Assembly: GCA_946631855.1 (NCBI GenBank)
Contig: CAMPAL010000002.1
Location: forward strand, 587 to 64,586
Reading direction: 5' to 3'
From: an uncultured Treponema sp.
GTDB taxonomy: Bacteria; Spirochaetota; Spirochaetia; Treponematales; Treponemataceae
Length of the DNA stretch: 64,000 nucleotides
In this document: in pieces, positions 57,431 through 64,000 of the stretch
Numbering within the stretch: the stretch's first letter is position 1
Layout: each line of letters begins with the position of its first letter
Program-made: the position numbers and the translations under genes
The notes under the pieces: generated by a model
Told to the model about the DNA's origin: nothing
The model's input: the letters and a program-made list of their open reading frames with translations, nothing else
Database searches by the model: none

Positions 57431-57748
57431 TTAAATTTCACCGGAATTTATTCTTTCTGCTTTTTTATCTTCGTGATAGACTTTTACAAGTCCTGCTAAA
57501 TCTTCGCTTAGTGCGCAATCTTTCAAATCTACAACCTCAAGATGAAGCTCGTTTTTAAGCCAATCTTTTCCCATTTCTTCAGCTTCAAAAGGGCCTTCGT
57601 CTTCTTCATTCCACTCATCTGAATAGTAGTCTTCAAAGTTTTTGTCAATGAATTTATAGCATTCAGCTTCTGAAAGGCCAAGAAATTCAACACCTGACCA
57701 ATCTGGGTCTTCGTAATCATAATACATTACTGCAAACAATGTTTTCAT
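57431..57748 (-). CDS. hypothetical acidic protein
   Basis: MKTLFAVM start after GAGGAGG. Confidence 0.65.
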   Translation of the reverse strand: MKTLFAVMYYDYEDPDWSGVEFLGLSEAECYKFIDKNFEDYYSDEWNEEDEGPFEAEEMGKDWLKNELHLEVVDLKDCALSEDLAGLVKVYHEDKKAERINSGEI

Positions 57749-57761
57749 AATAGTCCTCCTC

Positions 57762-58037
57762 TTAAAACAACCCTGCATTAACTAAAGTTTCTGCTATTCT
57801 TTTTGAAGATTCTGAAGGTACTCCTACTGCTTGTAATCCTATTTCCGCATATCTTTTTCTATCTTTTACAGTAGTTTTAGTTGCGTGTTGTAGTTTTTCA
57901 CCGAGGTAGAAATCCTTATCCCCAAAGATTTCTTCAAACTTCTTACGAGCTTCTTCTTCACTTGAAGCTTTTACCATTCTTAATGTGAGAGAATCGTGCG
58001 CATTTGCATACCATTTTTTAAGTTTATTTTTACCCAT
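57762..58037 (-). CDS. hypothetical protein
   Basis: 91-aa ORF with GAGGTAC upstream. Confidence 0.65.
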   Translation of the reverse strand: MGKNKLKKWYANAHDSLTLRMVKASSEEEARKKFEEIFGDKDFYLGEKLQHATKTTVKDRKRYAEIGLQAVGVPSESSKRIAETLVNAGLF

Positions 58038-58148
58038 CTTGTACCTCTACATAATTGAAAGATAATCTTGCTCATTATCTCCTTTTGTATATCCTTCTAC
58101 ATCAGGCGCGGAAGCATGTGTACCTTTTAATGTAAAAAAGAATCCCTT

Positions 58149-58574
58149 TTAATCGTATCTATTTCCTCTCCTATCTTTTTCTGTTCCCGGTATTTGCTCT
58201 TCATACCAAGCCAACTTCACTGCTATTGGGGCTTGACATTTTGGGCAATTCTCATAAATATCTGTAACTTCAAAATCTGCATATCTATCATCTTCGCCAT
58301 AACCTGAATCCCAATACGTAGGTTTGTTTACTATATGTTTGATTACATACTGCTTTTTGGGGTTAGGCTTGAAACAATACCCACACTCTTTGCACTTTAA
58401 CTTACCTTTAGTGATAGTTTGCTTTCTTTTTTCTGTTAAATACTTTAGGTCTTCGCATGTACTTTGCAAGTCGTTTAAAGCTCCCAACTCTTTATTTACA
58501 TCTTTGTCTTTGATTGTTTTGATAATCTCAGAAAAATGAGCTTTTAAAATTTTTTTCATTTCAGCTTTGTTCAT
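58149..58574 (-). CDS. zinc-finger hypothetical protein
   Basis: CKEC...CPKC; MNKAEM start after AAGGAG. Confidence 0.65.
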   Translation of the reverse strand: MNKAEMKKILKAHFSEIIKTIKDKDVNKELGALNDLQSTCEDLKYLTEKRKQTITKGKLKCKECGYCFKPNPKKQYVIKHIVNKPTYWDSGYGEDDRYADFEVTDIYENCPKCQAPIAVKLAWYEEQIPGTEKDRRGNRYD

Positions 58575-58597
58575 CTTAAACTCCTTCTGTAGTATAA

Positions 58598-58879
58598 TCA
58601 TTTGTTGTCTCTGTTTTTGCCTATATGGTATCCATCACAAAAAAGACATTTATAAGCTGAAAAGCTTTTGTTGTATTTAATACTCATCTTTTCTGCTGCT
58701 TTTAATGCTGATTCAATTGAAGGATAAGTTATTTTTGGTTGACCATTACTTGCTCTGATATGAGAGTTGATAGAAAAAGCACCCCAGGCATTCCTACTGA
58801 TAAAGAAATTATAAAATGCTCTTTTCCGTTTAATTTGATCTTTGAACCATATCCAAAAGTTTCTAAATTTAATTTTCAT
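58598..58879 (-). CDS. hypothetical protein with C2H-type Zn motif
   Basis: KITY.S...A..AA..M..YKCLFCDGYHIG. Confidence 0.65.
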   Translation of the reverse strand: MKIKFRNFWIWFKDQIKRKRAFYNFFISRNAWGAFSINSHIRASNGQPKITYPSIESALKAAEKMSIKYNKSFSAYKCLFCDGYHIGKNRDNK

Positions 58880-58894
58880 TTTCGTAAAAAAAAT

Positions 58895-59335
58895 ATATGT
58901 GAAGTTGCGGATTGTGAAGCATGAATATAAATAGGAACAATCTCTGCAACATTTCCTTCAAAAAAAAGATCCCTACTCTTCTGATTTCTCAGCGCTTCGT
59001 TCCTCTTTCAGTACCACCTTTAAGGTTAATTCAAAAATTGTTTTCTGTAGTTCAATTAAAAATTGCTTACAGACTACTCAAACCCAAATCCAGGTATAAC
59101 TAGCACTTTACCATTTTTAAGACTCCGCGAGGAACACTGTTGTCGTTTCATACTTTATATGAGTAATTGTACACCTTACCCAAACGAGAGCTTTTAAAAA
59201 AAACTTCGCTCTCTTTTTCTGAAACAACTCATCCTTCTATGTAGTCACGGTCACTAACTCTAGTTTTCTTTACTTGAAGCATAAGCTTAAAAACACCTAA
59301 TAGCTTTTGAGGCTAAAAGGTATTAAAAATTCACT
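58895..59335 (-). ncRNA. candidate large structured non-coding RNA
   Basis: ~460-bp gap in a dense minus-strand gene run with many complementary segments (GAGAGC/GCTCTC, TCTGTA/TACAGA, GTTCCTC/GAGGAAC, ATGAGT/ACTCAT, GTTGC+GATTGT/ACAATC+GCAAC); boundaries approximate. Confidence 0.5.
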
Positions 59336-59342
59336 TTTATAA

Positions 59343-59558
59343 TTATAGGCTTTCCTCTATAAACTCGCCGCATTTAGAACATACAAGTTTATATGGAACT
59401 TTGACATATACAGTATATGTAGCTCCTGATTTTTTCACTTCTAAAATAGAAGAGTTTTCAAGATGATACTTTCCTGCAGGTCCAAAATTAACCATAATAC
59501 GATCATTTGGATTAAAAGCTTCTAAAGCTTTTTGCAAATCCCCTACTGTTTCAATCAT
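59343..59558 (-). CDS. hypothetical protein
   Basis: TVGDLQKALEAFNPND motif common in small phage proteins. Confidence 0.6.
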   Translation of the reverse strand: MIETVGDLQKALEAFNPNDRIMVNFGPAGKYHLENSSILEVKKSGATYTVYVKVPYKLVCSKCGEFIEESL

Positions 59559-59962
59559 ACCTTCCCCTTTTCAAACCGTTTTGCACAATCACGGAGCTTA
59601 CAAAGTCTTTTGATTTCTTTTTGCATTTCAATAATATCTCTCTGATTTGCGTAAATACTTTGGCCCCTTCCATAGCCTACAGACTTTTTCATGTAACGAA
59701 GTTGAGCTCTCATTCGGTTGATTTCTTTTGCATACTCTGCCCAACTTTTTCTTACAACCATATCGTATTCGAGTTCAGGTTCGTTCTTAACAGCTCTTTC
59801 ACAATCATCTAGCATTTCCTGTTGATGAGTATCAAAGTTCATATCTGTTACAGATTCACCCCAATCAGAATCTTTCATTGCTTCGAAAAAGTTATCCATC
59901 ATATACATATCCCTCAGTACATAATATAGGATGGACAATTTTTGGATGCTCCTAATTTTCAA
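59555..59962 (-). CDS. hypothetical protein
   Basis: 135-aa ORF overlapping neighbours by 4 bp. Confidence 0.6.
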   Translation of the reverse strand: MKIRSIQKLSILYYVLRDMYMMDNFFEAMKDSDWGESVTDMNFDTHQQEMLDDCERAVKNEPELEYDMVVRKSWAEYAKEINRMRAQLRYMKKSVGYGRGQSIYANQRDIIEMQKEIKRLCKLRDCAKRFEKGKV

Positions 59963-60288
59963 TCTTTCTTTTCGGTATGAATCTCAAGAAACTTTTCCAT
60001 TGTCAAAACCGTATTATCTGCCATCATAATAGGAGTCATACCCCATTGATAACCAGACCGTTTCTGAATATAGAGTACACCTGTATTTTTATCCATTACG
60101 ATTGCAGTAGATGTTTCATCCTTGTCGGTTTGTACAATTGTTACAGGATCAAAGAAATCTTTAAAGGTAAATTCAGTCTTTACTTTTTCACCTGTTGAAA
60201 AATCTCCAATACTAACTGTTGTTGGAGCATTACAACTCGCGAAAATGATTGAAACCAACAACGTCGTAATAAAGATAATCTTTTTCAT
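59959..60288 (-). CDS. lipoprotein with DUF6440-like domain
   Basis: MKKIIFITTLLVSIIFAS-C lipobox; MDKNTGVLYI..GMTPIMMAD motif. Confidence 0.65.
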   Translation of the reverse strand: MKKIIFITTLLVSIIFASCNAPTTVSIGDFSTGEKVKTEFTFKDFFDPVTIVQTDKDETSTAIVMDKNTGVLYIQKRSGYQWGMTPIMMADNTVLTMEKFLEIHTEKKD

Positions 60289-60536
60289 TTCAATTCCTCC
60301 TTCAAAAACTTTTCAGCTTCTTTAACTACTTTCAACTCTTCAATCTGTTCTCCATCTATAACTTCCAAAGTTTCAATCAAGTTTTCAATTATATCTTTTG
60401 CTTTGGTATAGACAAATTCCATACCATCCTTGAAACCCTCCCCGTACTTGTAATTTCTTGCAACCTCTAACTCACTACAAACAAGAGGCATTGGATATTT
60501 CTTGTTTGCTCGCTCATACGCTATCCCTTCAAACAC
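60285..60536 (-). CDS. hypothetical protein
   Basis: 83-aa ORF in operon. Confidence 0.55.
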   Translation of the reverse strand: MFEGIAYERANKKYPMPLVCSELEVARNYKYGEGFKDGMEFVYTKAKDIIENLIETLEVIDGEQIEELKVVKEAEKFLKEELK

Positions 60537-60539
60537 AAT

Positions 60540-61310
60540 TCAACCCCTTTTTGAAAATTTCACTTCCAACTCTGTTAGCAATTCCAATTTAGCACTATCA
60601 CTCAAGTCAGATGTTTCAATCAACTTTGGCAAGTCTATTTTACGAGGAAAACCCGCTTCTATTATTATCTGCTTTATAGCGTGCTTAGCTTTTTCAGAAA
60701 GGTTTTCTGAACCTTTGATTCTTTTCAAAGGGTCTTCCGCTGCACTTCCAAAATCTTCAAAAGTCTCTTTAGCCCATTGAACTACCTTATTTCTGTAATC
60801 CTCAACATTGAAACCGAAAAGTTTTCTGGAAACGCTTGCAACACTCTCGCTGCTTGGAATAATAACGCAGTTATTACCCTGGTTTAGTATATCAGTAGTT
60901 CCATCAAGCCGGTAAGCTATCAAATACTTTATACCCCATTTTCCTTTATTTCCCCAATCAATATCAGGAGGATCAATTTCATCTTCATCAGAAAGAACTT
61001 CCAAATCATCTTCAGAAACTTTTAGCAAAAGAAGGTAAGCGTCTCCTCCTTTTATGTGGTTTTGGAAATATTCCTCTCCAGGATGAACCTGTCCATCAAC
61101 AGGGCTTGTAAAAGGCTCTGAAGCCCCTAAACACCATCTTGCTATACCGTCACCGCAGTTTCGCTGATTGATTAACCTCCAACCTTCGTGTGTTTTTACA
61201 CAAACGAGAGCCCACTCATTTTCTATACCCCTGCACTCAAAATCACCTGGTTTTGACAAAATCCAATTAAGAAGCTTTGTACCTTCTTTTTTTGATTCTG
61301 TAAAATGCAT
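60540..61310 (-). CDS. hypothetical protein
   Basis: 256-aa ORF with GAGGGG upstream. Confidence 0.65.
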   Translation of the reverse strand: MHFTESKKEGTKLLNWILSKPGDFECRGIENEWALVCVKTHEGWRLINQRNCGDGIARWCLGASEPFTSPVDGQVHPGEEYFQNHIKGGDAYLLLLKVSEDDLEVLSDEDEIDPPDIDWGNKGKWGIKYLIAYRLDGTTDILNQGNNCVIIPSSESVASVSRKLFGFNVEDYRNKVVQWAKETFEDFGSAAEDPLKRIKGSENLSEKAKHAIKQIIIEAGFPRKIDLPKLIETSDLSDSAKLELLTELEVKFSKRG

Positions 61311-61313
61311 AAT

Positions 61314-62090
61314 TCAAAACCCCCTCAATTCTTTTCTAAACTTTTTTGAATATTTTTCCAAAATAGCATAAACTATATCAGTGGTAACTTGTTTTGCGGA
61401 TCCAGGGTAATTCACATACCAATCTTCACCTAAAAGGTAATCCTTCAAAAAGTAAATTGCTTTTTGAAAATCCAATTCAGGTGGAAGTATATTATCGGGA
61501 TCTCCTTGAGATCCAAGCCATTCCGTAAAACTCTCTGCTTTCATACCGTTTGTTTTCCGTAAAGAAAGCTCAACGTTATGATCTTGTATTGGAAGTTTAT
61601 CAATCAAGAAATAATCTGTGCTATCAATTTCAATTTTTAAAAATCCGTACTTGTATGCGTCATCCTTCATTTCTGCTACATTTTCTGGAAGTCTATCTTT
61701 AGCATTACCCAAAGCAGCTTTGTTTTTCCGCGTAGGGTTTTTATCATACCTCTTTTGCAATCTCTCAACCCACGCATCCCTTAATTCAGGTTTTGGATAA
61801 ACAATTGCAATTTCAATTTCAGGGTGATACTTATCTCTAATTTTTGCCAATTCTTTTCTCACAACATCATGAGAAGCCGTAAATACCGAATAGCCCTGGG
61901 TTGCTAAATCAAATGCAACTTGCGCATAGTATTTGTACCAATCGTCAGGTCTATATCCATCCTCAAGCCTAAAGTTACTTGATTCCAAATCAATAAACCC
62001 AACATTGTCATCTACAGTGTTTGATTTTCCAACCCCCTGGTAACAAATGTAAATTGTACCGGGGTATGTAGTGTGTTCGTTTTCTACCAT
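61314..62090 (-). CDS. P-loop nucleotide kinase-like protein
   Basis: ICYQGVGKS, IDLESSNF, VYP..ELR..W..R..R. Confidence 0.65.
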   Translation of the reverse strand: MVENEHTTYPGTIYICYQGVGKSNTVDDNVGFIDLESSNFRLEDGYRPDDWYKYYAQVAFDLATQGYSVFTASHDVVRKELAKIRDKYHPEIEIAIVYPKPELRDAWVERLQKRYDKNPTRKNKAALGNAKDRLPENVAEMKDDAYKYGFLKIEIDSTDYFLIDKLPIQDHNVELSLRKTNGMKAESFTEWLGSQGDPDNILPPELDFQKAIYFLKDYLLGEDWYVNYPGSAKQVTTDIVYAILEKYSKKFRKELRGF

Positions 62091-62363
62091 AATGTAAAAA
62101 TATAGTTTTATGTATTTGATTCCTCGTTTTGTGCATTATAAAATTCGCGCAATTCCTTACGAATTTCTTCCTGCACCTCTTCTCTCATTTTTTCAATTGC
62201 AGCTTCATCCTTTCTTACCAACGCAGTCGCGAGATCCAACAACCAAAGTTTATCTGTATTTTTGATTTCCATTTCTCAAACCTCCTTTTGAAGTTTTCTC
62301 AATATATAATATAGATCATCCCTTTTGATTTCTGCCCACTATATTTAAAAAAATAGGTGAAAA

Positions 62364-64000
62364 ATGATTTCTTTAGGTTTTAAGAATGGAAAAATAGTAG
62401 CAGCGATTACGCAAGAGTCTCAAGATAAATTTGGGGTTTGCGTATCTGTATTAAAAAATCAAAAATTCAAATGGAATGCAAAAGAACAGCAATGGGAGAA
62501 GTCTGCGATTTTTTATACTGATGATTTATTTGATATTCTCTCAATTGCAACAAAAGTTTATTTTCCGGAATCTGTAAAAGAAGCTATAAAAAGATACCCG
62601 GATTTAATGCCAACTGAATTGATTATAAAAGATCCGATTGAAAAAATTGATTATGAAAAATACTCAAACTTCAAACCAGTTGTTGGAAAACCCCCTTTTG
62701 AAAATTATCAGGATGAAGATATAAAAGCTGCATTGAGACAAAATAGGTTTTTATTTAACTGGACAATGGGTTTAGGAAAATCTTATGCAACTTCAATTAT
62801 TTACGAATATCAAAAGGATAAAGCAAACTGCGGGAAAATGTTTTTGTTTACAACAAAAATAGGTACTTATAATTTGAAATCTGAATTGCTAAAGTTTTGC
62901 AAATCTCTAAAAGACGAAGACATTGAGGTTTTCAACTCTACAAAATCTTTCAAAAAATACGGCAGGAAAATTTTTGATGATGAAGAGATAAACAAAAAGA
63001 AAGTTTTGGTTTTTTCTTATGATAGTTGGAAATTGATTGCAAATTCGTATGGAGATAAAAAACAGGGTAAAATATTAAATATACCTTTGAAAAACTTTTT
63101 CCAAAATTATGAACCTTTACTCTGTTTAGATGAATGCCATCAGTTGTCAAACCCAAAATCAGAGCGCTCAAGGTCACTTTTTAAATATTTGAATTTTTTC
63201 AAATACAGATATTTATTTTCAGCTACCCCTGCAGATAAAAATGAAAAAATTTATTCAATTGCGCGTATACTTGACCCAAAGCTTGTTTTCTTTTTGAAGT
63301 ACAGTGACTGGCTTGAAAAATACAATGACATTGGAACTTGGTTTTCAAAATACGCAATAAATAAAAAAGGCTGGCACGAAGAAGAATTAAAAGAGTTAAA
63401 TGAAAAAATATCGGCTTACGCTGCAAAGAGAGATGCTGCAAAAGTACTTAATTTACCGGATTGTATTTTTGTAAATCCTTTTATGATTCCAATGTCAGAA
63501 AAACAAACAGCTTTGTACCGCGAAGTAACAAATGATGTTGTAAATAATATTTTACAGAAAAACCCTGATATGTCGTCTTCCTCTGTTGATTTGGTAAAAG
63601 AGGCTTTTGGCACTGTAATGTCTCTTGTTGAAAATCCAATTGTTTTGGGGTCAGGAGAAAATAAAAATGTAAGTGAACCTTTAAAAGAAAAATGCCGTAA
63701 ATATGACTTTCAAAAAGATTACGCAAAATTGGAAGTTGTTGATGCAATTTTGGAAGATGAAGTTGATGATAAAGAAAACAGGGGTATTATTTGGTATATA
63801 CACCCACTGACAAAAGATGCGTTACTTGAAAGGTATAAAAATTACAATCCAATTTTGATTACCTCTGAAATGGATGATGAAGAGAGATTTAAAAAAGTTG
63901 AGGAATTTAAAAAAGATAAATCTCATAAAGTATTAATTGCATCTGAATATATTTTGTCCACTTCGGTAACTTTGATTGAATGTACTTTTGCCGTTTATTT
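62364..64000 (+). CDS. SNF2-family (SF2) helicase/ATPase, truncated by the window end
   Basis: not in the ORF track; manual translation gives NYQDED, NWTMGLGKS (I), LCLDECHQL (II), FSATP (III), KLEVVDAIL (helicase C domain). Confidence 0.85.
   Translation, partial: MISLGFKNGKIVAAITQESQDKFGVCVSVLKNQKFKWNAKEQQWEKSAIFYTDDLFDILSIATKVYFPESVKEAIKRYPDLMPTELIIKDPIEKIDYEKYSNFKPVVGKPPFENYQDEDIKAALRQNRFLFNWTMGLGKSYATSIIYEYQKDKANCGKMFLFTTKIGTYNLKSELLKFCKSLKDEDIEVFNSTKSFKKYGRKIFDDEEINKKKVLVFSYDSWKLIANSYGDKKQGKILNIPLKNFFQNYEPLLCLDECHQLSNPKSERSRSLFKYLNFFKYRYLFSATPADKNEKIYSIARILDPKLVFFLKYSDWLEKYNDIGTWFSKYAINKKGWHEEELKELNEKISAYAAKRDAAKVLNLPDCIFVNPFMIPMSEKQTALYREVTNDVVNNILQKNPDMSSSSVDLVKEAFGTVMSLVENPIVLGSGENKNVSEPLKEKCRKYDFQKDYAKLEVVDAILEDEVDDKENRGIIWYIHPLTKDALLERYKNYNPILITSEMDDEERFKKVEEFKKDKSHKVLIASEYILSTSVTLIECTFAVY

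Noticed and set aside
58921-59103. 60-aa plus-strand ORF within the candidate ncRNA gap
   Set aside because: Opposite to the surrounding operon, no RBS or promoter motif, no recognisable protein features.
1-64000. Stop-codon reassignment as the cause of gene fragmentation
   Set aside because: Long genes are intact in code 11, TAA, TAG and TGA all end genes, and the fragments have their own start signals or unrelated neighbours.
1-64000. tRNA or rRNA genes
   Set aside because: No cloverleaf with T-loop and acceptor stem recognised in intergenic gaps by eye; tRNAscan-SE would be needed to exclude them formally.

Overview
AT-rich, gene-dense window that reads as part of a large (jumbo-type) tailed dsDNA phage genome in the standard genetic code. 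No rRNA, tRNA, CRISPR array or host housekeeping operon is visible. Recognisable genes: C-terminal half of an NAD-dependent DNA ligase, Nudix hydrolase, radical SAM protein, nuclease-DNA methyltransferase fusion, C-terminal half of a family A DNA polymerase, TerD-like protein, SF1 helicase, ClpP-like protease, CCA-adding/HD enzyme, long-form (eukaryote-like) topoisomerase IB, two very large probable virion proteins, a fractured terminase, an HNH endonuclease, a SprT-like protease and an SNF2 helicase running off the right edge. Most notable: (1) a terminase large subunit broken into at least three ORFs that would need two consecutive split inteins, one starting with Phe and split at an atypical site, around a 27-aa middle extein; (2) two ~1.1 kb non-coding arrays 37 kb apart, built from a fixed-geometry module of four inverted 15-mers; (3) a 324-bp tract just after the topoisomerase IB gene with no AG/CT/GG/CC dinucleotide; (4) a ~460-nt intergenic candidate structured RNA; (5) free-standing half-genes for ligase and polymerase. 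All calls come from reading motifs by eye; no database searches were run.
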